Shown: positions 52,510-62,210 of the stretch, piece by piece
Layout: every line of letters starts with the position of its first letter
Position numbering within the stretch: the first letter of the stretch is position 1
Assembly (NCBI GenBank): GCA_965277715.1
Contig: OZ255836.1
Coordinates: 2,368,001 to 2,432,000 of the forward strand
Reading direction: 5' to 3'
DNA from: Gammaproteobacteria bacterium
Lineage (GTDB): Bacteria; Pseudomonadota; Gammaproteobacteria; JBCCGL01
Length of the DNA: 64,000 bases
Position numbers and translations under genes: made by a program
Notes under the pieces: generated by a model
Databases searched by the model: none
Told to the model about the DNA's origin: nothing
The model's input: only the letters and a program-made list of their open reading frames with translations

Positions 52510-52701
52510 TGCCATGTGATATCACATATCATTAGCTTATTAAGATCGTATTTACCATCAACTCACCTCCCTTTCCATTCAGATCAAAAAAACAACAGCT
52601 TGTTATTACCATTCTATAAGCCAATAAAAAAACCTCCGGTATACGAGGCTTTAACAAAAAATACTTTGTTTATACTAAATAACTAGCCTGACCCCTTTTC
52701 T
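52227..52701 (+). repeat. 475-bp direct repeat, copy 1
   Basis: Apparently identical to 56867-57341. Confidence 0.92.
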
Positions 52702-52869
52702 CCGCAGTTGTTGAAAAAGGCGTATGTTGATGCCCGTTATTCTGAGCACTATGAAATTACGGCGGAAGAGCTTGAGTGGTTGGCCGAGCGCGTGGTGTGC
52801 TTGCAGGGGATGGTGGAAAGGCTTTGTTTGAGGAAGATTGAGAGTCTCAGCAGTGACCATTTAATTTAG
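52702..52869 (+). pseudogene. 3' fragment of an MNT-HEPN gene
   Basis: QLLKKAYVDARYSEHYEITAEELEWLAERV resembles the C-terminus of 60320..61177. Confidence 0.8.
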
Positions 52870-52909
52870 GTAAAAGAATTCGTATAGTGGCCAGGTAGTG
52901 TAGTGGTCA

Positions 52910-53560
52910 TATATGGACCCGCAGTTAAATTCAACAATTTTTTAATCGTTCAGAGCAGACACAGTAAATAAGGTTAGCAGTCATATATCCGGCTTCTCAA
53001 TAGGACGGATTGTATTTGTTTATCCGTCCAGAGCCATAATGGGAACCGTGCTCAGACACCTCATCAAGCAATCGGTCTGTGAAGACCATGACCCCTCCAG
53101 GTTCTGTCTGAGCCGGTTTAACCTGTTATACCCTTTACTGCTCTTTCGCTACCTCGTGGTAAGAAATCTTCAACGACGCTATTAAGCCGTTTTATGCACG
53201 TAAGTTGTATTATTAGCCGCTACCGCCCAGCTAATTCTGGCGAGCTTATTGGCCAATGCCACCGCCGCCACACAATGGCCCCGACGTGCTTTGACACGAC
53301 AGGCCCAACGACTTAGCCCATTATCGTGTTTAGGCATTCGACTTAATGCCGCTTGCGCCCCCTGTATCAACAAAGTGCGCACGTGTTCGCCCCCGCGTTT
53401 ACTGATACCTTTTAGTTGCGTTTTGCCCCCCGAATTATATTGACGAGGAACGAGACCCAAAAAGGCGGAAAACTCACACCCATTTTTATAAAAACCCGGA
53501 TCGCCCATTGCTGTAAACAAGGCAGTGGCGACCAGAGGCCCTACACCCGGCAGTGTTTTT
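52910..53560 (-). mobile_element. Truncated IS110 (IS1111-like) element: transposase C-terminus 53182-53560 plus 3' non-coding end
   Basis: LPGVGP..A, FSAFLGLVPRQ.SGGK, GISKRG, ALANK.ARI.WA; end motif GGGTCCATATA. Confidence 0.85.
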
Positions 53561-53561
53561 A

Positions 53562-53738
53562 ATAGTACTCATTGCCAGGAAATATACGCTGTCTTCCCCT
53601 ACCTCGGTTCATTACGTGGTAGTAGGCGTTTTCATACTCTATGCGTAGAGATCTTGGCATTTAAGGAGTATAGCAGCACACCAAAATCATGCAATAGTAT
53701 ACTTGACCCTTTTGCATATAGTATACTTGACCCCTTTA
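53562..53738 (-). mobile_element. 5' fragment of the Y1/RAYT-like transposase plus doubled terminal motif
   Basis: MPRSLRIEYENAYYHVMNRG from ATG 53660; ATAGTATACTTGACCC occurs twice. Confidence 0.85.
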
Positions 53739-53787
53739 TTTTTTTATTTTTTATCTCCTTTATTTCTTCTGACAACCCCAACGAGGC

Positions 53788-54474
53788 CTATGGGGCTTGC
53801 ACATTCAATTGAATAACACTGGCAACAAACGACTCCAGCTTTTTTCTATCATTGCCGTAAACAGTCATCGTGTACGTGTCACCGCCTATGTTAATTTTTA
53901 ACTCGATTGAAAGCTCCCCGTCACTAAACTTAAAAACCACATAGTAGTAACCATCAGCAAAATTATGGGCCAATAAAGGTGTTTTTAAGCTGCGAGAAGG
54001 GCCTTTGGCAGGAAACAATACTTCCAATGAGATTGTATGAAAAACGACAAGATCAAGCTTGCCTTGCTCATCTAGTGAGCTACAATCAAAACCAGAATAG
54101 CCATCCAAACGCCTAATAAAATAAACGATAGAGTCCCAATAAGTAAACGGCGTCTTATTGAGATCAAGCCCCAAATACTCAGCTAAATCTACTATGCTTT
54201 TTTCTTCAAAGTCAGATTTTATCTTTGCGATCCTTAACCCTGTATAAATGCCATCCTGTTTCGGATACTTGAGCATCCCGTAATTTTTTACTTCCGCGCG
54301 CTCATCAAGTATAAAGCCTTGCGAAAATACGCCATCTAACTCCAAAATGACTTCCGGGTAAGACACCTGATCAATAGCAATTAATAGCTTTTGACAGTCT
54401 GATTCATTGAAATTCCCCGAAGCCACACAATAGGACGAAATTAACAGCAAAAAAACAGAGATAATGTACTTCAT
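53788..54474 (-). CDS. Secreted hypothetical protein (immunity-like cargo)
   Basis: Signal peptide MKYIISVFLLLISSYCVA; AT-rich; TAATG-coupled to an upstream gene remnant. Confidence 0.65.
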   Translation of the reverse strand: MKYIISVFLLLISSYCVASGNFNESDCQKLLIAIDQVSYPEVILELDGVFSQGFILDERAEVKNYGMLKYPKQDGIYTGLRIAKIKSDFEEKSIVDLAEYLGLDLNKTPFTYWDSIVYFIRRLDGYSGFDCSSLDEQGKLDLVVFHTISLEVLFPAKGPSRSLKTPLLAHNFADGYYYVVFKFSDGELSIELKINIGGDTYTMTVYGNDRKKLESFVASVIQLNVQAP

Positions 54475-54583
54475 TAGATGGGCCACTCTCCAAACAACGT
54501 ATAACTCTGCGGGTAATCTGCCCTGATCATATTCAACCGCCCCGCAGTGACTGTCGCACCACGGACGAGCGAATTCCATAGCA

Positions 54584-55390
54584 ATAAAGGGGTAAAGTAT
54601 CATATGAGTTTTTTAAGTAATTTTTGCAACGTTAAATCACCTGCCAATTGAGTTTCAAAGCGCCTAATAGCTATTGATACACTACCGTATCGCTTGAAAC
54701 CGAAGACTTCGGCAATATCTACCAACTTATGCCCACCCTCTTCCCGACACAGGTACATACATAAATCTCTCGCTACTTTCGCTTTCAACCCTCCCCTTGA
54801 TGGTCGGAGGATATCTTCACGCTCAATCTTCAACGATTTCGACACCCGAATAATCCATTCATCTACCGTAGGTCTAAACTGCTGTAAGTCACTACGGTTA
54901 ACTGCACTATCTATAGTTTCACGTTGCTCGTAGGCCCAACTGCGGAAATCCTCACTGCCCAAATAAGGCATTTGATTTCCCCGTCCGTAGAATCGCCTGA
55001 TTTCTTCATCAATGCCTTGCTCCACATAAGCCCGGTATCGTTGCGCAAAATACCGCTGATGAGGCACACCGAGCTGAGCCTGGATATCTCCCTGGTAAAG
55101 CCACTCCTGTGATGAACGACCATTTGCATAATCGTTGTAACTGGACCAGGGGTAATCCGCCAAATTCTTTACTAACCTAGCTTCCAGCGGGTTTCGGTGA
55201 ATATAGCGAGAGAGTTGAAGCTGATAACTATCTTCTTCAATGCAGATCGCTTTGTAACGCCTCTGAAATAACGGTGCATCGGTACGTTACGTGGTAGTAG
55301 GCGTTTTCATACTCTATGCGTAGAGGTCTTGGCATTTAAGGAGTATAGCAGTACACCAAAATTATTCAATAGTATACTTGACCCCTTTAT
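54584..55390 (-). mobile_element. Y1/RAYT-like element with a 224-bp internal deletion, bounded by 17-bp inverted repeats
   Basis: Near-identical to 55848-56807 except for the deletion at a TACGT microhomology that removes the HUH motif. Confidence 0.9.
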
Positions 55391-55418
55391 CTCTTCTTTA
55401 CCCCCATACCCCTTATCA

Positions 55419-55673
55419 TCACCTAATAAATGTATTTGAAAACCCTGTAAATAGCGCCTTACAAACCAGACTCACCGATATTACGAAACTCAATATATCG
55501 CTTTCTATATATCCGTTTTCAATTAATAGAAACGGTAAACCAAAAGCAATAAGAATAAACACATCAAATATTAATCTGATATGTGCGCTTGTAATTCTTC
55601 TAATATACTTTTTTGAAAAAATTTCTAACAACAATAAAATTATTGTATAGGCAATAAAAACTAATGGAGTCAT
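55419..55673 (-). CDS. Small AT-rich membrane protein
   Basis: 84 aa with ~3 hydrophobic segments, between two element copies. Confidence 0.45.
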   Translation of the reverse strand: MTPLVFIAYTIILLLLEIFSKKYIRRITSAHIRLIFDVFILIAFGLPFLLIENGYIESDILSFVISVSLVCKALFTGFSNTFIR

Positions 55674-55847
55674 ACTTAATTTTCAATATCTATAAACATA
55701 TAAATTTCATTTTTATGAAAACACTTTATTAAAAAATACACAAATAAATATAGTTACATTTCTCTTGTTTTTCATCGTTATATCTAACAGAATTATTCTA
55801 TTTATTAATCACACTAAATAAACAGTAAAGGGTAAAGAGATCAAGTA

Positions 55848-56807
55848 TCATATGAATTTTTTAAGTAATTTTTGCAACGTTAAATCACCTGCCAATTGAG
55901 TTTCAAAGTGCCTAATAGCTGTTGATACACTACCGTATCGCTTGAAACCGAAGACTTCGGCAATATCTACCAACTTATGCCCACCCTCTTCCCGACACAG
56001 GTACATACATAAATCTCTCGCTACTTTCGCTTTCAACCCTCCCCTTGACGGTCGGAGGATATCTTCACGCTCAATCTTCAACGATTTCGACACCCGAATA
56101 ATCCATTCATCTACCGTAGGTCTAAACTGCTGTAAGTCACTACGGTTAACTGCACTATCTATAGTTTCGCGTTGCTCGTAGGCCCAACTGCGGAAATCCT
56201 CACTACCCAAATAAGGCATTTGATTTCCCCGTCCGTAGAATCGCCTGATTTCTTCATCAATGCCTTGCTCCACATAAACCCGGTATCGTTGCGCAAAATA
56301 CCGCTGATGAGGCACACCGAGCTGAGCCTGGATATCTCCCTGGTAAAGCCACTCCTGTGATGAACGACCATTTGCATAGTCGTTGTAGCTGGACCAAGGG
56401 TAATCCGCCAAATTCTTTACTAACCTAGCTTCCAGCGGGTTTCGGTGAATATAGCAAGAGAGTTGAAGCTGATAACTATCTGCTTCAACGCAGATCGCTT
56501 TGTAACGCCCCCGAAATAACGGCCCATCGGTACGTTTCTGTTTATTGTACCGCTGTGTATAAAGCCCATTGATGTGCCGCATACACCGTCCCAGATTACC
56601 TTCCGGTGTCTTCACCAATAAGTGATAGTGGTTGCTCATCAAGCAATAGCAAAGAACCTGTAGGCCAAAACGTCTATGAGCCTGCGCAAGGAGTTCAAGA
56701 AAAAGCGAGTAGTACTCATCGTCAGGAAATATACGCTGTCTTCCCCTACCTCGGTTCATTACGTGGTAGTAGGCATTTTCGTACTCTATGCGTAGCGGTC
56801 TTGGCAT
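55848..56807 (-). mobile_element. Intact Y1 (HUH) transposase, RAYT/TnpA-REP-like, with C-terminal HTH
   Basis: YYHVMNRG, YCLMSNHYHLL, LFRGRY, YIHRNP (catalytic Tyr), YPWSSY; DnaA-C-like HTH tail. Confidence 0.92.
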
Positions 56808-56866
56808 TTAAGGAGTATAGCAGTACACCAAAATTATGCAATAGTATACTTGACCCCTTTATCCTT

Positions 56867-57341
56867 CCAACCCAATACGCTGTGCCTGATCGCTAAAAAA
56901 GGCGGACAGGACGGTGTAGTACACATCAATCAGGATATCGCACTGTACTGCGCTGTGCTCGAAGCGGGTCACACGATTGAACACCCTGTTATGGTAGATA
57001 GGCATAGTTGGGTGCAAATAGTGCGAGGGTCGTTAGTACTGAACGGTGTCACCTTGCAGGCAGGGGATGGTGCGGCGGTGAGTGAAGAACCATTGTTGTC
57101 ATTTAGCGCTGGTGATGACAGTGAGTTTTTGTTGTTTGATTTGGCTTAATGCCATGTGATATCACATATCATTAGCTTATTAAGATCGTATTTACCATCA
57201 ACTCACCTCCCTTTCCATTCAGATCAAAAAAACAACAGCTTGTTATTACCATTCTATAAGCCAATAAAAAAACCTCCGGTATACGAGGCTTTAACAAAAA
57301 ATACTTTGTTTATACTAAATAACTAGCCTGACCCCTTTTCT
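56867..57341 (+). repeat. 475-bp direct repeat, copy 2 (pirin 3' fragment plus downstream DNA)
   Basis: Matches 52227-52701. Confidence 0.92.
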
Positions 57342-57363
57342 TTTCTCTTTTCCCTCGTAAAAG

Positions 57364-57440
57364 TTATAACGCCCCAATAACCGGCGCGCGCTTTTTGCGC
57401 GTCCGGCGTCGCAGGCGCGTAGTTAATTGACTTGTTATGC
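57364..57440 (-). other. attC site 1
   Basis: (-) GCATAAC...GTTATAA with internal imperfect hairpin. Confidence 0.85.
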
Positions 57441-57441
57441 A

Positions 57442-57828
57442 TTAGTGCCGGACTACCGCGTCGTTTTTAAGGAAGTCACACCAAGCCTTTAAAGACCATT
57501 TGGAAAATATATTATTTTCTTTGAGATCATTCTCGGCACTTAGCTTTAACATATAACCCTCAATTGAGATAAGGTTGTTACGTACAGCCGACTCAAAGTC
57601 TATGCCGACATTTTGAGCAAAGAACTCATCTGATTTGTCTGCGTTATTTAGTAAGAACTTCAGATCGTCTGCGGCTTTAATTGCTGCCACTTTAGTAAAG
57701 GCTTCTTCTGGAATAGGCCAGTGGCCCTCTCCAGAGCTTTTTACTGGATCACATAAATTTTCAGCAGTTGCTGAACCTGAAATTAGTGCAAGTAGGATCA
57801 AATATTTCTTCATAGCTTTAAGATGCAT
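57442..57828 (-). CDS. Cassette gene: secreted hypothetical protein
   Basis: Signal peptide MKKYLILLALISGSATA; spans attC2 to attC1. Confidence 0.75.
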   Translation of the reverse strand: MHLKAMKKYLILLALISGSATAENLCDPVKSSGEGHWPIPEEAFTKVAAIKAADDLKFLLNNADKSDEFFAQNVGIDFESAVRNNLISIEGYMLKLSAENDLKENNIFSKWSLKAWCDFLKNDAVVRH

Positions 57829-57896
57829 AACACCGCGCTCGGCGGCAAATTTGGAGCGCAGCGGAAAATTTGTCCGGCAGCAGCACTTTGTTAGGA
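57825..57896 (-). other. attC site 2
   Basis: (-) TCCTAAC...GTTATGC; near-identical to attC4. Confidence 0.9.
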
Positions 57897-58486
57897 GCTG
57901 ACTTCAAGAGCATGCCTAAGTAAGCTTTGCCAGTTACCGAAAATGTACCCATCATAAGCAGAATAAAAACTTCTCTCTATTGCTTGGTGCCCTTCATTTG
58001 ACAAGGCAGCATTAAATCTGTTGAGCTTAACTTTTTTTGCTGCATCGAAGCAGTGGTCATGAAATGCATCATCCAAGTAACCTGATCGTCGGGCATGATA
58101 CGCACCAATCCAATACCATGATTTCTAGCGTAAGAAATTGCTCCGCTTTGGAATGAGTTCTTAGTAGCAATAACGCCTTTTACATTTTTTCCCGCAATTT
58201 GGTCTAGCTTCGCTTTAAACTCCTCAACATCATCTACTGGAACTTTGTGCCCGTAATTCTTGCATTCACATACCCAAAGCAAGGAGTGATTTTTAGCGCC
58301 AGGAGGCCACACTTCAATAGATATATCGACAATGATGTCTTTCTCGCGATCTTTGGAATAGTAGCCCTTCTTCTTGAATATTTTTCCAGAAGCAGCATCA
58401 ATTCCTAAGCGCCCTTTGCTCAATTCTTCTTTGAGGAGATCAAACGTCCTATCTTCCAGCGCATCTCCTTTTGCCACGGTATTCAT
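57891..58486 (-). pseudogene. Cassette gene: Mrr-like restriction endonuclease, probably frameshifted near 58010-58040
   Basis: KG..LE, D..IE, ECKNY...V..DDVEEF, FQSGA; second frame ends exactly in the attC R'' TAAC. Confidence 0.72.
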
Positions 58487-58491
58487 GTGCC

Positions 58492-58551
58492 TCCTAACGC
58501 TGGCCTAAATCGCCGAGCGGTAGCTTGGTCGATTTGAGGCCCTGGTTATGT
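58492..58551 (-). other. attC site 3
   Basis: (-) ACATAAC...GTTAGGA, 60 bp. Confidence 0.85.
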
Positions 58552-58552
58552 T

Positions 58553-58867
58553 TCATTTGTCTAATGCCTTTCTGATAGCCTGTAGTTTTTGTTGACTAGC
58601 TTTTAAACTTTCATAAAGATGCCAAACCAAATCATCGACTTCTTCAATGATGGCTTGACGTTCATGTTTTTTCCCTGTGCTTGCTAGGGTAGACAGGCGA
58701 TTGGCTATAGTTCGTTTTGCGCCAAGTGCACTTTTGCCGCCACCATCATGGACTGCCCAATAAATTTCCCAGTAATCATATTCAGGGTAGTCCTGTTCCA
58801 TAATCTTTGATATCTGCTTGCCTTCCTGCGCGAGTGTTTGTATTCCAGTTCTATCTTTTTTATTCAT
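58553..58867 (-). CDS. Cassette gene: hypothetical helical protein
   Basis: 104 aa with GAGG RBS, between attC4 and attC3. Confidence 0.75.
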   Translation of the reverse strand: MNKKDRTGIQTLAQEGKQISKIMEQDYPEYDYWEIYWAVHDGGGKSALGAKRTIANRLSTLASTGKKHERQAIIEEVDDLVWHLYESLKASQQKLQAIRKALDK

Positions 58868-58909
58868 TGCTGATTCCTCTTAAAGTGAAATTTTCAGTAC
58901 TACTTGAGA

Positions 58910-58981
58910 ACATAACGCCGTGCTCTGCGGCAAATTTGGAGCGCAGCGGAAAATTTGTCCGGCAGCAGCGCCTCGTTAACT
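58910..58981 (-). other. attC site 4
   Basis: (-) AGTTAAC...GTTATGT. Confidence 0.9.
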
Positions 58982-58985
58982 GTGA

Positions 58986-59613
58986 TCACATCGAGTCAAT
59001 TTTAGCGATGATTTCTTTATGTTTTTGAATCTCTTCATTTTGCCACTTACTATTTCAATGCCAGTCGCTAGGCCTTGGATTTTTATGTTCACAGCTTCTG
59101 CAATACTGATTTTCGAAACCGAATTCTTCAATAGGCGACTTGTAAATATTATCCAAATCCCAGCCTCCCGTAGCATGCCCCATTTTTATGCAATGCACCC
59201 ACTTCATTGCTGCGGATGGTAATCCTAGCATTCGAGCAGGGATTCCTTGCGCTCTAGAAGGAAATACTATTAGATTCTCACAATCCTTGATGACTCTCTC
59301 AGGGTTATAATCTTTAAGCCCTTGTTTTATTATCTGGCCCATTTCATCTTTAGGGTCGTCGTAGTTGAATCCTAAAGCTTTTGCCCTTTCACGAAAAAAC
59401 TTTAATTCATCTTCTGGGGTTGCATCTTCATTGCTTTTCTTAATATCAGCTTTTATCTTAGCAATCGTATCAGTAACACTAGTCCTTAGCAAGTTCAATT
59501 TCACCATCTATACCGTAATCCTCTTGATCTTCTTGTGATCTAAATATCCAGTGATCAGGTAAATGGAATTCGAGTATCCTGCCTGCTTTACGTCCAATTT
59601 CTTTCGCGTTCAT
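58986..59613 (-). pseudogene. Cassette gene: DUF4365-like nuclease remnant (frame break plus nonsense codon)
   Basis: ATG 59613 gives ...FRSQEDQEDYGIDGEIELAKD*; other frame runs to TGA 59055 and continues 22 codons to TGA 58986. Confidence 0.65.
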
Positions 59614-59632
59614 TGATTCTCCATTCGTAGGC

Positions 59633-59713
59633 AGTTAACGTCGCACTAAAGGGCGCGCGTTAGCGCGTCCCAGCCCACGTTTTTTGTGGGCGATTTTGAG
59701 CGCCTTGTTAGCA
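59633..59713 (-). other. attC site 5
   Basis: (-) TGCTAAC...GTTAACT. Confidence 0.85.
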
Positions 59714-59722
59714 CTATTGCTT

Positions 59723-60238
59723 TTATTCATCCCATGCATTTTTTAACTCTATATCTTGGCTCTTGCTGCGAATTTGAAAATGAAGGTATGCAAACGGGCC
59801 ATACGAACCTTGACACCGAAGCACGTAGTAAGTATCTGCTGATTCTAACGAAAACTCGCCGGGAGCGCCAAGCTGACTATTGGAAACGGGTGAACTCTTA
59901 TAGTTAGGAAATGCTTGACTGATTAGCAGCGATGCCTTCTCTTTCAGGCTCTCACATTCTTCCCAATTTTTAACTGCCTTTTCTGCTGTTACTATTACCA
60001 CGTGACCTGTTGCATTTAAATAGGCAATTGAATACTCAGAAAAAATAGATGAAATATTACCATGATTTGGCACTCGGAATTGAGTTGTAGGCCTACCTTT
60101 ATCTTTGTTTTGCATCCCTTGAGGGTGGGAAAATCTTTCGCCTACCGGAATTTTGAGTAGTGACGGATACTCAGCGGCAGATAAAACAAGAGGAACAAGC
60201 ATTAATACTAAGGTGAGAATTTTCTTCATTTCTTTCAT
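59723..60238 (-). CDS. Cassette gene: secreted hypothetical protein
   Basis: Signal peptide MKKILTLVLMLVPLVLSA. Confidence 0.75.
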   Translation of the reverse strand: MKEMKKILTLVLMLVPLVLSAAEYPSLLKIPVGERFSHPQGMQNKDKGRPTTQFRVPNHGNISSIFSEYSIAYLNATGHVVIVTAEKAVKNWEECESLKEKASLLISQAFPNYKSSPVSNSQLGAPGEFSLESADTYYVLRCQGSYGPFAYLHFQIRSKSQDIELKNAWDE

Positions 60239-60240
60239 CG

Positions 60241-60304
60241 TGCTAACGTTTGCTTGTGCGGCGCGCAGCAACGCGGAGCGTCCCACATGAAACTATTGTT
60301 ATGC
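60241..60304 (-). other. attC site 6
   Basis: (-) GCATAAC...GTTAGCA. Confidence 0.82.
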
Positions 60305-60319
60305 CTATTTGCTTCATAA

Positions 60320-61177
60320 CTATATAAAGCTTGCAATTTTTTCTTTGCACAGATTTTCTGTTAAAACTTGTAATTTTTGTACCCGCTCTGCTAACCATTT
60401 TAGCTCCTCTTTTGTAATTATGTAGCTGGGTTTATAGCGAGCATCAACATATGCCTTGCGTAAAAGTTTAAAGCGGTTTTTTTCTTCTTCTGTACTTTGT
60501 GGAAATACAGTAAGAAACTGTGGTTCAATGCTGCTTACACGTTGACCCAATTTTACTAAATCATGTGTGCTAGGTTTATAACGGGTAAAAACTAAAAGAA
60601 TTGTGCCGTAAAGGCGCTCTGTGACTTGGTGGAGTAAAAATTCAGCATTATTATAGTTACCCCTATCAAGTGGTGCGTTAAAATCGAGAAAATATTATTT
60701 AGCACTTATAAACCAATATTCAAAATCCTCTTCTGCCAGTTTTTTTCGCTCACTTGGCGATATTTCCTTTGGCTCGACTAACTCAAATGCTCCTGAGTTA
60801 TACAACACAATTCCTTCACGCTTGATATCAATATAAAAGTACTGGCTCTTTCTTAAGCGTCGGTTAATAAATTGGATATCTTCCGCGATCAGGCTGATTG
60901 GAGTTCGGTGGATGGTTTTTATCAAACGCTGATTGAGTTGATTATTTTGCTCAATTTTACTAGCTTCTTTCCGGGTTTCTGTAACAACCAATAGATCAAA
61001 GTCACTTTGATAACGGTAGTGCAGGGTTTCCAGGTCTATATCCTCCACCCAATCACCACGCGCATAACTACCAAACAAAATGAGCATATCGGGATTGATC
61101 TCTTCACGGATAATTTCCACAGCTCGCTGTAGTTCCTGCTGTTTCTGTTCCGGCAGGTGGTCAAGTGAAGTTTTCAT
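60320..61177 (-). pseudogene. Cassette gene: fused nucleotidyltransferase-HEPN protein with in-frame TAA at 60695
   Basis: LFGSYARG, SDFDLLVV; same frame resumes FLLHQVTER, THDL, KAYVDARY. Confidence 0.85.
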
Positions 61178-61228
61178 AGGTGAATAATATCAGTTTCCTT
61201 TCAACAGCACAGACTTAAAGTTTGGGAA

Positions 61229-61299
61229 GCATACGCCTCGCATCAGCGGCTGACAAAGCGCGTAGCGGTTTGGCAGTCCGTTGCATGCGCTTGTTATGT
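61229..61299 (-). other. attC site 7 (R' degenerate)
   Basis: (-) ACATAAC...hairpin...GTATGC (one T missing). Confidence 0.72.
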
Positions 61300-61483
61300 G
61301 TATTTCTGGATCGCCCATTTGAATGCTTCAACACTTGCACTTTGAATTTTTTCATTTCTTTCTTTCGCAGAAATCCAATTAGAAATACCATTTACTGAAA
61401 ACCCATTGCTTTCACCTTGGGCCAGCTCACGAATAGCTTGATAAACTCTATGTTGAATTTCATTTGCGTCCCTAAGCAAAAAG
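61294..61483 (-). pseudogene. 3' fragment of a cassette gene
   Basis: Open frame ending in the attC7 TAAC; 5' end cut at the GACCCCTTTTC motif. Confidence 0.6.
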
Positions 61484-61547
61484 GAAAAGGGGTCAATCGT
61501 ATTTAGTATTTTTCAAACGATTGTAAACCTGCTCAAACACGCCCTTC

Positions 61548-62210
61548 GTAAGCGCCCTTAAATCAGCCTCTATTCCAAGGTAATGTCCAAAACGACATGC
61601 CAAGGTAGCAAGGCCTCTCTCTTTTCAAGAGTATCGGCACTGCCGATATGATTAAGGGCGTGCAGTATGTACGCATAGGGTTCAAGCCCATTAGCTTTGG
61701 CCGTTTCGATCAATGAGTAACATGTGGCACTGGCATGGGCGCCACGGGTTGAATCGGCAAACAACCAGGCTTTTCTACCCACGGCAAAAGGCCTAATGGC
61801 ATTTTCAGCCAGCACGTTGCTGATGTGTAACCGTCCATCATCACAGTAGCCTGTGAGGGTATGCCATTGATTCAGTGCATAGTCCATGGCGTTACGAGTA
61901 AGGGACTTTTTAGCCACCTGGGTAATATGCTTATCCAGCCATTGTTTGAAGTCTTCCAACACCGGTTGGCTAAGTGCTTGGCGAAACCTTTGTTTTTCTG
62001 CGGGTTCAAGCGCTTGTGAGGTAATGCCAGAAATGGCACAGCCATTGGCCAGCGTAAAACACAAACCCGGATCACCCCTTTGCCTATCAGCCACCATCAC
62101 TTGGGTAAAGCCTGCTACAGGCATGTTACTCTGCACTGCTTGAATAGTTTTACGCGAACATTTACGGCTCCAATAGTAAAACTGCTTCAAGTGGATGCCG
62201 TTATCCTTAA
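61548..62210 (-). mobile_element. IS66-family remnant (tnpA fragment fused to the tnpC C-terminus)
   Basis: End GTAAGCG at 61548; QFYYW.RK (TnpA); ISN.LAENAIRP.A.GRK.WLF, YSLIETAK.NG (TnpC). Confidence 0.88.

Noticed and set aside
57825-58981. Near-identical 72-bp repeats as CRISPR repeats
   Set aside because: Separated by whole genes and bounded by attC cores; they are attC sites
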